Below are positions 38,894 through 48,891 of a stretch of DNA of 64,000 nt, piece by piece. The stretch spans positions 6,090 through 70,089 of the forward strand of contig CAJJCC010000014.1 in the NCBI GenBank assembly GCA_905182585.1, given 5' to 3'. The translations under genes were made by a program, and so were the position numbers. Below the pieces are notes generated by a model that ran no database searches, was not told the DNA's origin, and saw nothing but the letters and a program-made list of their open reading frames with translations. Within the stretch, counting starts at the first letter, position 1; the number at the start of each line of letters is the position of its first letter. Source of the DNA: an uncultured Flavobacteriales bacterium. Lineage in GTDB: Bacteria > Bacteroidota > Bacteroidia > Flavobacteriales_C > GCA-002722245.

Positions 38894-40302
38894 TAGTCCT
38901 CCTTTTTAGGGTTGTCTGATGATTTATTTGAATTACTCTCCGGTTTTACAACGTCATTCGTACTCTTTCTAAGAGGCCTTTTAGGTCTGCTATTCGGTTT
39001 CTTCCTAGGCTTATCCCCATCTTCCTTTTTTGCATTAAGATTATTATTCGGTTTAGGGGTTTTAGACTTATTTGTGGTTTTTTGGTTAGGATTTGGCTTT
39101 CTATTTTGATTTGGGTTAGGTTTATTTCCCTCTACTGCAACAATTTCCTTATTTGGTTTTCTGTTAATATTACGTTTGTTTGATGGTTTTCCTGACTTCT
39201 TCTTCTTTTTATTATCGAATCTTGTCAAATCATCCTGTCCAACAACATTTAAATAATCAAGCTCCTTCTCAATACCTTCTTCTTCTTCAATGATTTCAAT
39301 GATTTCCTCAGGGAACTCATCTCTCTTATTCATTGCCATTACTTCCTTAACTCGGTCAATGTCAACAGCAATAAATTTCATTCTATCTGTTCTACAGATG
39401 TACCAATATAATCGTTTGAAAATATCAGTTTTGAAGTGAAAATATTCTTCTGATTCAGATTTCAAGTTAATTGATGTTTCAGGAAAATCCATCACAGCAT
39501 CTAAATAGCTATCTAATTCAAAATTTAAACAACATTTTAATTTCCCGCATTGTCCTGCAAGTTTCTGAGGGTTTAATGACAGTTGCTGATATCTCGCCGC
39601 ACTTGTTGTTACAGATCTAAAATCGGTCATCCAAGAACTACAACAAAGCTCTCTTCCACAAGCTCCAACTCCGCCTAATTTGGACGCTTCTTGACGAGCT
39701 CCAATTTGGCGCATCTCAATTCGAACTTTGAAAGTGGTTGCATAAATTTTAATTAATTCTCTAAAATCAACTCTTTGTTCAGCTGTGTAATAAAACGTAC
39801 ATTTCGCTTTATCTCCTTGATATTCAACATCACAAATTTTCATATCCAAGCCATACTCAATAGCAAACTTTCTTGCTTGAGTCATTGTTGGTTTTTCTAA
39901 ACGCATAGCTTCTTGCCATTTGTCAATATCATTTTGACGTGGCTTTCTGTATATTTTTAATATATCTGCGTCCTTAATTGATTTTTTTGAAACTTGTAAA
40001 CGAACTAATTCGCCTACTAATGAAACTGTACCAATATCATGTCCTGGTGATGATTCAACAGCTACAACATCGGCGACATTTAAACTTAAATTATCAACGT
40101 TATTGAAGTATCCTTTTCGTCCGTTTTTAAAACGAACTTCTACCAATTTCGGCAAATCTACCGAACTTGGATTATCCATATTTGAAAGCCAATCGAAAAC
40201 ATTTAGTTGGTTACAACCTCCGCTTTCACATCCGCCATTGCTTTTACATCCACCAGGTAAATTATTGGAACCTCTTCCTGTACTACATCCAGAACATCCC
40301 AT
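38893..40302 (-). CDS. PSP1 domain protein (RicT-like) with Cys/Gly-rich N-terminus and Lys/Pro/Asn-rich C-terminal tail
   Basis: 469 aa. The PSP1 core contains 'GACGRELCCSSW' and 'GQCGKLKCCLNFE'. An approximately 105-aa basic low-complexity tail follows. Confidence 0.8.
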   Translation of the reverse strand: MGCSGCSTGRGSNNLPGGCKSNGGCESGGCNQLNVFDWLSNMDNPSSVDLPKLVEVRFKNGRKGYFNNVDNLSLNVADVVAVESSPGHDIGTVSLVGELVRLQVSKKSIKDADILKIYRKPRQNDIDKWQEAMRLEKPTMTQARKFAIEYGLDMKICDVEYQGDKAKCTFYYTAEQRVDFRELIKIYATTFKVRIEMRQIGARQEASKLGGVGACGRELCCSSWMTDFRSVTTSAARYQQLSLNPQKLAGQCGKLKCCLNFELDSYLDAVMDFPETSINLKSESEEYFHFKTDIFKRLYWYICRTDRMKFIAVDIDRVKEVMAMNKRDEFPEEIIEIIEEEEGIEKELDYLNVVGQDDLTRFDNKKKKKSGKPSNKRNINRKPNKEIVAVEGNKPNPNQNRKPNPNQKTTNKSKTPKPNNNLNAKKEDGDKPRKKPNSRPKRPLRKSTNDVVKPESNSNKSSDNPKKED

Positions 40303-40391
40303 ACTTCTATCTTTAGAAAGGCATTAATTCACCTATGATAAAAATAAGCAAAAGGACTTAAAAAATGATATTTATGATAACATTAGTTTGT

Positions 40392-41225
40392 TCACTCACC
40401 AAAGAGCACTACTTCCTCAAGATCAATTGTTTGCGTCAATTGTTTTGCCATTAAGTTCTTGATACTTTTACCCTCTTTATCCTTTAAATCAATTTTAATA
40501 GTATGCTTTCCAGTTTTTAACCCTTTAATCCAAAAAGAAGCCCACTTGGTTAACTTAAATTCAGTGTTATCAATATTTACTAAAAGGTAGTTTCCATTTG
40601 ATCCGATTTTTACATTTTTTAAATAAAAATCAAATAAAATTTTCTCTTGTAAATTCGAAGAATAGCTACCTCTTGGCTGCAATAAAGCAACTACAGTATC
40701 TGATAAATTTGTTTCAGAATAACAGCCACTTGGATCTGCATTAATTTTGAACAAAAATGAAGAATGTGAATTTTTAAGACTTAAGTTATAAGATCGAGAA
40801 AGGTAACAGAAGTAGTAATTATCACCAACGTTCACATCAACTTCAAATCCTTTTTGAATAACCTTAGACAGTGCTCCATTGGGCTCCAAGACTCCAAGAT
40901 ATTGCCCTGCTTCATTTAACCTTGAGTTATGTATTTTCTCTTCAACAGTTTTCTGTCCTAAATTAAGAAACTCAGTTTTGAATTCAATTTTATTTATCCC
41001 CATTTTAAAGGATTGATTTTGTGTGGTAATTTCAGTGGAAACATCCGAGAATGGAGGGAAATCAGTGAATTCAACTAATTTAATTCCGTTACGTTCTAAA
41101 ATAATAGGATTATAGTTCGCAACAGCCATTGCTGAATCAATCTCTACCTGAGACATCTCATCACCTTCATTTCCACCACAGGAAAAAAGGATTGTTATTA
41201 AAGGCAAAAGGAATATTTTTCTCAT
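40392..41225 (-). CDS. hypothetical lipoprotein
   Basis: 277 aa. Lipobox 'ILFSCGG'. No other motif recognised. Confidence 0.55.
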   Translation of the reverse strand: MRKIFLLPLITILFSCGGNEGDEMSQVEIDSAMAVANYNPIILERNGIKLVEFTDFPPFSDVSTEITTQNQSFKMGINKIEFKTEFLNLGQKTVEEKIHNSRLNEAGQYLGVLEPNGALSKVIQKGFEVDVNVGDNYYFCYLSRSYNLSLKNSHSSFLFKINADPSGCYSETNLSDTVVALLQPRGSYSSNLQEKILFDFYLKNVKIGSNGNYLLVNIDNTEFKLTKWASFWIKGLKTGKHTIKIDLKDKEGKSIKNLMAKQLTQTIDLEEVVLFGE

Positions 41226-41251
41226 TATTTTCGTCTTAGATAGCCAAAAAT

Positions 41252-41283
41252 AAAAAAAGGCTACCGATTGGTAGCCTTTTTTT
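41252..41283. terminator. bidirectional-type rho-independent terminator (functionally ends the minus-strand usp gene)
   Basis: AAAAAAAGGCTACC-gatt-GGTAGCCTTTTTTT. Confidence 0.85.
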
Positions 41284-41298
41284 ATGATTTAATAATTA

Positions 41299-42138
41299 TT
41301 AAAAAGTTTGGTAATCACCGAATAGTGGTGATTTCGAAATATATTCAGAAGATGGATTCACCATTAAAACAGGAATTTGCGCTTCATTCGAAATTAAGGC
41401 TTCCTCTGAATTTTTAAGGAAAGCGTTAATACTTCGATAATTTAAATTTAATATAGCAATGAAGTCGGCATTGATGCTTGCAGAGTATCTAATAATTTGT
41501 TTTACGAAATCTCCAGGTCCGTCAGCATGCTCAACAACATAATCAATACCATGTGTAGAGAAGAACTTTTTGGTATAAGCTACATTATTGTCAATTTTTT
41601 GCTTGTCAAATTTATCATCTTCGTAGTCAGCAAAAATATGAACCTTCGCTCCTAATTTATTAGCCATACTTGCTGTAACAGAAATTTTGCTTTTTGTTTC
41701 AGCTTTAAAGTCAATAGGAAAAACAATATTCTTGTATCCTTCAAAAACAACTCGATCCTGAACAACAATAAAAGGAATTTTTGAGTTTGTAATAACCTTC
41801 ATAGCATAAGATCCAGTAATATGCTGGATACCTTTTCTACCATGAGTTCCCATAATAATTAAACGGGCCCCTTCGTAATCTGCTACTTTATCTATATCAT
41901 CAAAAATATTACCTGTAACTACTTTACCAACTGTAGGAATATTTTCGTTTTTAGAAACTTCCTCAGCCATCGGATCAAGCTTAGCTCTTGCCTCGTCCGT
42001 CTTAGTATCTCGATCTACAACATGAAGTAAAACAATTTCACCATCCATGATTTTGGCAATCTTGACAGCATGAGCTAAGGCAGTCTCAGCAACCGAAGTG
42101 AAATCGGTAGGAACTAATATCTTGTAAACATCTTTCAT
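41299..42138 (-). CDS. universal stress protein, tandem Usp domains
   Basis: 279 aa. Two UspA-like halves ('ILVPTDFT...LLHV', 'GTHGRKG'). Confidence 0.8.
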   Translation of the reverse strand: MKDVYKILVPTDFTSVAETALAHAVKIAKIMDGEIVLLHVVDRDTKTDEARAKLDPMAEEVSKNENIPTVGKVVTGNIFDDIDKVADYEGARLIIMGTHGRKGIQHITGSYAMKVITNSKIPFIVVQDRVVFEGYKNIVFPIDFKAETKSKISVTASMANKLGAKVHIFADYEDDKFDKQKIDNNVAYTKKFFSTHGIDYVVEHADGPGDFVKQIIRYSASINADFIAILNLNYRSINAFLKNSEEALISNEAQIPVLMVNPSSEYISKSPLFGDYQTF

Positions 42139-42274
42139 AGTCTGTATAACTTAATTTTTTACATTTTCTCCTACTTCCTAAAAAGTATATTGCAAATCAT
42201 TCACTTAAATTTAAAATTTTACATTTAAATTTAAGTTTTTTTTATAATAAATTCAATTAAACTTTAAATTTAAA

Positions 42275-42769
42275 TTACTTTTTGAAAATTGGTACCGTAG
42301 AACAAGCCTCACCGAACATCAGACTTTTCACAACAGGTTGTAATTTTTTGGTGATAATGATATAAGAACTTTCAGGGATTGACTCTTTACCGCATCCCTT
42401 TATAATCACCATTTTACCTTCATATTCCGAAGCATCAATATCTTCAATTACTCTCCGCAATAAAGCCCCCTTTAAATGAGCTTTGTTACCTCGAATTACC
42501 AAAGATGCGTAAGGCTCTAAAGCAGATGAAATCAGCATATAAGCCCATAACGGAATTAAACCTTCTGAAGAATTTGTTATCGCTACAAATCCATCTTGAT
42601 AAACACTCCAGTCGGTTGCTTTTAATTGAGCCCTAAAATCTTTTTCACGAAGAATAAGACCTTGGAACATAAAGTCTTTTAGGTCAATAACAAATTGTTC
42701 ACCCTTTGGAATTAAATCTACAAGGTCTATCGTTATTAATCCACTTTTTTCAACTTTATTCTCAATCAT
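42275..42769 (-). CDS. DUF2480 family protein
   Basis: 164 aa. 'KSGLITIDL' N-terminus and 'GEACSTVPIFK' C-terminus as I recall for DUF2480. Located at the distal end of the suf block. Confidence 0.6.
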   Translation of the reverse strand: MIENKVEKSGLITIDLVDLIPKGEQFVIDLKDFMFQGLILREKDFRAQLKATDWSVYQDGFVAITNSSEGLIPLWAYMLISSALEPYASLVIRGNKAHLKGALLRRVIEDIDASEYEGKMVIIKGCGKESIPESSYIIITKKLQPVVKSLMFGEACSTVPIFKK

Positions 42770-42789
42770 TTTCTATTCTGGATATTCGT

Positions 42790-43110
42790 TTAAATCATTC
42801 CCAACTCAATCTGAGCTTCTTCACTCATCATGTGACGCTCCCAAGTCGGTTCAAACACGATATCAATATTACAACTTTTTACAACTTCTATCCCACCCAC
42901 TTTTTGTTCAACTTCAGCAGGTAGTGACTCAGCCGCAGGACAATTTGGAGAAGTCAATGTCATGTCGATATTTACATTTATATCGTCATCTATTTTAATA
43001 TGATAGATTAATCCTAATTCATAAATATCTACGGGTATTTCAGGGTCATAAATTGTTTTAATTACAATTACAATTTGTTCCTCTAAGTCTTTTTTTTCCT
43101 GATAATCCAT
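42790..43110 (-). CDS. DUF59 (SufT-like) Fe-S assembly protein
   Basis: 106 aa. 'YDPEIPVDIYELGLIY' and 'MTLTSPNCPAAE' are DUF59 hallmarks. Confidence 0.8.
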   Translation of the reverse strand: MDYQEKKDLEEQIVIVIKTIYDPEIPVDIYELGLIYHIKIDDDINVNIDMTLTSPNCPAAESLPAEVEQKVGGIEVVKSCNIDIVFEPTWERHMMSEEAQIELGMI

Positions 43111-43118
43111 CTTTATGT

Positions 43119-43532
43119 TTATTTACTAAAAGCAAGTGCGTATATTTTCATTTTTTGAACCATCGCCACCAAACCGTTACTTCTGTTTGGTGATAAATGT
43201 TCCTTTAATCCTATCTGATCTATAAATGTTAGATCATTATTTAAAATGTCTTTTGCTGATTGACCATTAAATACTTTTACTAAAAGAGCTATAATTCCTT
43301 TCGTAATTATAGCATCACTATCTGCATCAAAAAACACAATACCATCTTCATTACGAGCAGTTAACCAAACTTGGCTTTGGCATCCTTTTACGATGTTTTC
43401 GTCCGTTTTATCAGAGGCATTCATAGATTGTAAATCTTTTCCTAAAGAAATGATATACTCATATTTATCGGCCCAATCTTCAAATAATTCAAAGTCTTCG
43501 ATTAGCTCCCCGGATACTTCTTGTATGCTCAT
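43119..43532 (-). CDS. sufE: SufE-family sulfur acceptor
   Basis: 137 aa. 'VKGCQSQVWL' active-site Cys motif. Confidence 0.82.
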   Translation of the reverse strand: MSIQEVSGELIEDFELFEDWADKYEYIISLGKDLQSMNASDKTDENIVKGCQSQVWLTARNEDGIVFFDADSDAIITKGIIALLVKVFNGQSAKDILNNDLTFIDQIGLKEHLSPNRSNGLVAMVQKMKIYALAFSK

Positions 43533-43539
43533 ACTATAC

Positions 43540-44766
43540 TTATAATAACATCTTTAAAGCACGTTTTAAAGCCGCTATAAAAACATCAATTTCTTCTTTT
43601 GTGTTATAAAACGCAAATGATGCTCTGGCTGTTCCAGTAATCTTACATCGATGCATTAAAGGTTCGGTACAATGATGCCCCGTTCGAATAGCAATTCCTA
43701 ATTGATCCAGGATAGTTCCTATATCGTAATGGTGTGCTTTATCGTGCACAAAGCTTAAAACTCCTGCCTTATTTTTAGCTGTACCAATAATTTTAATTCC
43801 TTCTATTTGAAGAATTTGTTCTGTAGCATACTTTAACAATCCCTGTTCATGAGTATGAACTTCATTCCAGTCGATTGTATTTAAATAATCTACAGCAGCC
43901 CCTAAACCAATTCCTCCAGCAATATTAGGCGTTCCTGCTTCGAACTTATACGGTAAATCATTATAGGTTGTTTTTTCAAACGAAACCGTCTTTATCATAT
44001 CCCCTCCACCTTGGTAAGGAGGAAGTTTATCTAACCATTCTTTTTTTCCGTATAAAACTCCAATACCAGTGGGTCCAAACATTTTATGTCCGCCAAAAAC
44101 ATAAAATTCACAGTCTAAATCCTGAACATCTATTGCCATGTGCTGAACACTTTGAGCGCCATCAAATAAAACAGGTATTCCTTTAGCGTGTGCCACTCTA
44201 ACAATATCCTTAGCTGGATTAATTGTCCCTAGTGTATTTGATACATGGGTAATAGCAACTAACTTTGTTTTAGCTGAAAGCAATGCTTCAAACGCTTCAA
44301 AAATTAATTCCCCTTCATCATTCATTGGAGCAACTTTTAAAGTTGCTCCAGTGTACTCACAGGCCATTTGCCAAGGAACAATATTGCTATGATGTTCCAT
44401 TTCAGAAATAATAACCTCATCACCTGAATTTAAAAAACCTCTCGAAAATCCGTTGGCAATTAAATTAATTCCATCGGTAGTTCCTTTTGTGAAAATCACC
44501 TCCTCTTCAAGGGGTGCATTAATCAACACTTGAATTTTACGACGTGCCTCTTCATAAGCAGAAGTAGCATCCTGACTTAAAGTATGAACACCTCTATGTA
44601 TGTTAGCGTTTTCATTTTGATAATAATCGTTTATTCGATCAATTACCAATTGAGGTTTTTGAGCAGTTGCTCCATTATCAAAATACACCAAAGGCTTCCC
44701 ATTAATCATCCTTTTCAAAGTTGGAAAATCTTTGTGCGTATCTAAAATATTTTTGGTCGCTGACAT
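43540..44766 (-). CDS. sufS: cysteine desulfurase SufS
   Basis: 408 aa. 'ANIHRGVHTLS', PLP lysine in 'GHKMFGPTGIGVLYG', and catalytic Cys in 'RTGHHCTEPL'. Confidence 0.92.
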   Translation of the reverse strand: MSATKNILDTHKDFPTLKRMINGKPLVYFDNGATAQKPQLVIDRINDYYQNENANIHRGVHTLSQDATSAYEEARRKIQVLINAPLEEEVIFTKGTTDGINLIANGFSRGFLNSGDEVIISEMEHHSNIVPWQMACEYTGATLKVAPMNDEGELIFEAFEALLSAKTKLVAITHVSNTLGTINPAKDIVRVAHAKGIPVLFDGAQSVQHMAIDVQDLDCEFYVFGGHKMFGPTGIGVLYGKKEWLDKLPPYQGGGDMIKTVSFEKTTYNDLPYKFEAGTPNIAGGIGLGAAVDYLNTIDWNEVHTHEQGLLKYATEQILQIEGIKIIGTAKNKAGVLSFVHDKAHHYDIGTILDQLGIAIRTGHHCTEPLMHRCKITGTARASFAFYNTKEEIDVFIAALKRALKMLL

Positions 44767-44778
44767 CCGTTAAACTAA

Positions 44779-46089
44779 TTAGTTTTTTGAATTAAAATTC
44801 TTTGCAATTAATGCACTAGCATAATCACGAACAGCTTCAATTTTTATATTGTCTAAAACCTCTCCAATAAAAGCTTCTAATAAAACCTTTTTTGCTGTAG
44901 ATTCTTTGATTCCTCTTGTTCTTAAATAAAACAATGCTTCATCGTCAAACTGTCCAATAGTACAACCATGACTACATTTTACGTCATCAGCATATATTTC
45001 TAACTGAGGTTTTGAATTTGCCTTAGCATCATCACTCATCAAAATATTTGCATTGCTTTGAAAAGCATTTGTTTGCTGGGCGATTTTATTCACATAAATT
45101 TTCCCATTAAAAATACTTGCCGCTTGATCGTTTACAACAGCCTTATACAACTCGTTAGAATCACAGTTTGGTTGCGCATGATCAACATAAGTTTGATTAT
45201 CAACATGAATATCACCATTCAAACAAATTGCGCCATTTAAGTTAGCTGTACAACCTGTTCCATCTAAAAGAATACTCAAATTATTTCGAATAAGCTTTCC
45301 GTTTGCGGGGATTGTATTTATTGTAAATGTTGAATCCTTATGCTGCACAGCATAATCCGCACCAATATGGTACGTATTCCCATTTTCATTTTGAATTTTG
45401 TCCATTTGAACATGAGCACCTTCGGCAACAAAAACTTCGTTAATAACATTACTTAAGGCAGAAGCTGTATCGATTGTTTCATAAGAAACAACAACCTGAG
45501 CTTCGGCTAGTTTATCTGCAATGATTAAGTTTCTTGGATAAGCTGCAACTAAATCACCATCCACTAAATTAATGATGTGAACTGGCTTATCTAATTTTTG
45601 ATGTGCCTTGACATAAACGAAAGCTCCATCTTGTGAAAAAGCAGCGTTAAGATTTACAAAAAATTGATCTTTTGCTCTTGTTTGAAATCCTAAATAAGGC
45701 TCTACAAACTTAATAAACTTCTTTTTAGCTGTATTTAAGTTAGTAACTACAAAGTTGCCATCCTTCTCCTCAGCGGTGTCCGAAAATTCAGCTGAGAAAA
45801 ATCCATTAACAAATACCAATGTATAGGCATCCAAATTTGGAATTTTATGCGCTTTAACTTTCGCTGCAATTATATTAATTGCACTTTGAGGTCTGAATTC
45901 TATTTTAGAAATGCCCCTCAAGTTTGTGTATTTCCAATCTTCCAACTTATTCGTTGGGAAATCTAAATCCTTTAAATTCTTGAGCGCTAGCTCACGAATT
46001 TTTATGAAAGTCTTCGCTTCATGACTGAAGTCTTGTCCTTCCTGATTTATTAGGAATCTTTCTTTATCTGAAATTGTTAATGTTGCCAT
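44779..46089 (-). CDS. sufD: Fe-S cluster assembly protein SufD
   Basis: 436 aa. C-terminal beta-helix with 'KPQLEIYADDVKCSHG.TIGQ'. Confidence 0.88.
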   Translation of the reverse strand: MATLTISDKERFLINQEGQDFSHEAKTFIKIRELALKNLKDLDFPTNKLEDWKYTNLRGISKIEFRPQSAINIIAAKVKAHKIPNLDAYTLVFVNGFFSAEFSDTAEEKDGNFVVTNLNTAKKKFIKFVEPYLGFQTRAKDQFFVNLNAAFSQDGAFVYVKAHQKLDKPVHIINLVDGDLVAAYPRNLIIADKLAEAQVVVSYETIDTASALSNVINEVFVAEGAHVQMDKIQNENGNTYHIGADYAVQHKDSTFTINTIPANGKLIRNNLSILLDGTGCTANLNGAICLNGDIHVDNQTYVDHAQPNCDSNELYKAVVNDQAASIFNGKIYVNKIAQQTNAFQSNANILMSDDAKANSKPQLEIYADDVKCSHGCTIGQFDDEALFYLRTRGIKESTAKKVLLEAFIGEVLDNIKIEAVRDYASALIAKNFNSKN

Positions 46090-46104
46090 TATAACGCTGT
46101 AATA

Positions 46105-46863
46105 TTAAACAGTTTCTTTAAATTCATCGATAATCCAATCGTAACCTTTTTCTTCTAGTTCTAAAGCCAATTCTTTAGTTCCTGTTTTTACAATTCTTCC
46201 ATCGTATAATACGTGTACAAAATCAGGTACGATATAGTCTAATAATCTTTGGTAGTGTGTTACAACTACAAAAGCGTTGTCTTTCGTTTTTAATTCATTG
46301 ACCCCATTTGCAACGATTCTTAAAGCATCAATATCCAATCCTGAATCAGTCTCATCTAAGATGCCCAATTTCGGATTTAACATTGCCATTTGAAAAATTT
46401 CATTTCGCTTTTTTTCTCCACCAGAAAACCCTTCATTTACCGAACGATTTGCTAATTTTCCAGAAAGCTCAACTAATTGTTGTTTTTCCTTTAATAATTT
46501 CATGAATTCTTTGGTTTCCAAATTTGGTAAACCTCTATATTCTCTTACTTCATTAACAGCAGTTTTAATAAAGTTAATGTTACTAACTCCAGGTATTTCA
46601 ACTGGGTATTGGAATGCTAAAAACAAACCTTCTCCAGCTCTTTGTTCTGGTGATAAATCTAATAGATCTTCACCCTCAAAATCAACATCCCCACCAGTTA
46701 CTTCATATTCTTCTCTTCCAGCTAACACTGACGCTAAAGTACTTTTACCAGAACCGTTAGGTCCCATAATAGCATGAACTTCTCCTGGTTTTACTTCTAA
46801 GTTTAATCCTTTTAAGATTTCCTTACCGTTTATTTCGGCTTTTAAACCGTTTATTTTTAACAT
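46105..46863 (-). CDS. sufC: Fe-S cluster assembly ATPase SufC
   Basis: 252 aa. Walker A 'GPNGSGKST', signature 'FSGGEKKR', and Walker B 'ILDETDSGLD'. Confidence 0.93.
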   Translation of the reverse strand: MLKINGLKAEINGKEILKGLNLEVKPGEVHAIMGPNGSGKSTLASVLAGREEYEVTGGDVDFEGEDLLDLSPEQRAGEGLFLAFQYPVEIPGVSNINFIKTAVNEVREYRGLPNLETKEFMKLLKEKQQLVELSGKLANRSVNEGFSGGEKKRNEIFQMAMLNPKLGILDETDSGLDIDALRIVANGVNELKTKDNAFVVVTHYQRLLDYIVPDFVHVLYDGRIVKTGTKELALELEEKGYDWIIDEFKETV

Positions 46864-46893
46864 TTTAAAATGCTTTTAAAGTCTTAATTTATT

Positions 46894-48345
46894 TTATCCT
46901 ACTGATCCTTCTAAGCTAATTTCCAATAATTTTTTGGCTTCAATAGCGAACTCCATTGGAAGATTATCCATAACGTTTTTACAAAAACCATTTACAATTA
47001 ATCCAATTGCTTTGTCGGTTTTAATTCCTCGTTGATTACAATAAAACAACTGATCTTCTCCAATTTTTGAAGTTGTTGCTTCGTGCTCCACTTTAGCTGA
47101 TTTATTTTGACATTCGATATAAGGGAAAGTATGAGCTCCACACTTAGCACCTATTAATAGAGAATCACACTGACTAAAGTTTCTTGCCCCATCGGCACCT
47201 TTTGCAATTTTCACTAATCCCCTGTAAGAATTTTGTGATTTCCCAGCCGAAATACCTTTTGAAACGATTGTACTTTTGGTGTTTTTCCCTAAGTGAATCA
47301 TTTTAGTCCCAGTATCCGCTTGTTGCATGTTATTCGTAACCGCAACAGAGAAAAATTCACCAACTGAATTATCACCTTTAAGAATACATGATGGATATTT
47401 CCAAGTAACTGCAGAACCTGTTTCGACCTGTGTCCAAGAAATCTTACTGTTATCACCAGCGCAAATCCCTCTTTTAGTTACGAAGTTAAAAATCCCTCCT
47501 CTTCCTTTCTTATCTCCAGGGTACCAGTTTTGAACTGTAGAGTATTTAACCTCAGCGTCCTTTTTAGCTACGATTTCAACAACCGCTGCGTGCAGTTGGT
47601 TTTCATCTCTTTGTGGCGCTGTACAACCTTCTAAATACGAAACGTATGCGCCTTCATCAGCAATAATCAACGTTCTTTCAAACTGACCTGTATTTGCTTC
47701 ATTTATTCTGAAATAAGTTGACAATTCCATCGGGCACCTAACCCCTTTTGGAATGTAACAGAATGAACCGTCAGAGAAAACAGCCGAATTTAATGCCGAG
47801 TAGAAGTTATCCGTTTGCGGAACAACGCTTCCAACATATTCTCTTACTAATTCCGGGTGATTCTTAACCGCTTCAGAAAACGAACAAAATATAATTCCTA
47901 GTTTCCCTAACTTATCTTTAAAAGTAGTCGCTACAGAAACCGAATCCATTACAATATCAACTGCAACACCTGATAATGCCTTTTGCTCGTTGATTGGAAC
48001 ACCTAATTTTTCGAACGTTTTCAAAATTTCGGGATCTACTTGATCTAAGCTTTCGTATTCCTTTTTAGGTTTTGGAGCAGCATAGTATATAATATCCTGA
48101 AAGTTTGGTTTTGGATAAGATACGTGTGCCCAATCTGGTTCTTCCATCTTTTCCCACATTCTAAAGGCTTTAAGCCTCCAGTCCAACAACCATTCTGGTT
48201 CATCTTTTTTAGCCGAAATAAATCTAACGGTATCTTCCGTCAAACCCACTTTAGCTAAATCAGATTCAATATCAGTAACAAAACCGTACTTATAATCTCC
48301 GGTTGTTGCTTCTTCTATAATCTTATCTTCATCCGACATACTCAT
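46894..48345 (-). CDS. sufB: Fe-S cluster assembly scaffold SufB
   Basis: 483 aa. 'YKYGF' N-terminal region and '[20 protein letters not shown]'. Confidence 0.93.
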   Translation of the reverse strand: MSMSDEDKIIEEATTGDYKYGFVTDIESDLAKVGLTEDTVRFISAKKDEPEWLLDWRLKAFRMWEKMEEPDWAHVSYPKPNFQDIIYYAAPKPKKEYESLDQVDPEILKTFEKLGVPINEQKALSGVAVDIVMDSVSVATTFKDKLGKLGIIFCSFSEAVKNHPELVREYVGSVVPQTDNFYSALNSAVFSDGSFCYIPKGVRCPMELSTYFRINEANTGQFERTLIIADEGAYVSYLEGCTAPQRDENQLHAAVVEIVAKKDAEVKYSTVQNWYPGDKKGRGGIFNFVTKRGICAGDNSKISWTQVETGSAVTWKYPSCILKGDNSVGEFFSVAVTNNMQQADTGTKMIHLGKNTKSTIVSKGISAGKSQNSYRGLVKIAKGADGARNFSQCDSLLIGAKCGAHTFPYIECQNKSAKVEHEATTSKIGEDQLFYCNQRGIKTDKAIGLIVNGFCKNVMDNLPMEFAIEAKKLLEISLEGSVG

Positions 48346-48367
48346 AGTAGTATTCTTATCGTGTTAA

Positions 48368-48694
48368 TTAAACTGCGAAACTCTCTCCACACCCACATGT
48401 TCTTGACGCGTTTGGATTATTAAAACTAAATCCTTTACCATTCAATCCTCCTTCATACTCTAAAACCGTCCCTGCTAAGTACAGTAAACTTTTCTTCTCA
48501 ACCACAACCTTTACTTCGTTGTCTTCAAATAACTGATCTGTATCTTTTAGTTCCGAATCGAAACTTAAATCATAAGACAAACCAGAACATCCTCCACTTT
48601 TAACACCCACTCGAATAAAGCTATCTGGAGCCATCTCCTCTAAGCGTTTTAGCTTATGAACTTGATTTTTTGCATTTTCTGATACCTGTATCAT
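48368..48694 (-). CDS. HesB/IscA/SufA-family Fe-S carrier
   Basis: 108 aa. 'GGCSG' and C-terminal 'CGCGESF' motifs. Confidence 0.88.
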   Translation of the reverse strand: MIQVSENAKNQVHKLKRLEEMAPDSFIRVGVKSGGCSGLSYDLSFDSELKDTDQLFEDNEVKVVVEKKSLLYLAGTVLEYEGGLNGKGFSFNNPNASRTCGCGESFAV

Positions 48695-48891
48695 AAGCTT
48701 AATTTTTATTTAGACTAAATCTAAACTGTACACTAAAATACCTAAAAAAGGGTATCTAATCAAACAAAATCGTCATAAGTATTCTATGTATCATTGATTA
48801 TATTGATTAAGACCGCTTTAAATTAAAAACATCGTAAGGTTTAAATATATCAGTTTTGTTTTTAAAACAACTATCTGCACCTTTGTTAAAG

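Noticed and set aside
42204-42243. 12-bp perfect inverted repeat CTTAAATTTAAA...TTTAAATTTAAG followed by T8, with a third TTAAATTTAAA copy at 42264-42274
   Set aside because: The sequence is built from the self-complementary TTTAAA unit, so it is low-complexity. The T-tract is on the plus strand, where no gene is upstream, and it lacks a T-tract for the minus-strand suf operon. It could be an operator for the usp gene, but nothing supports that.
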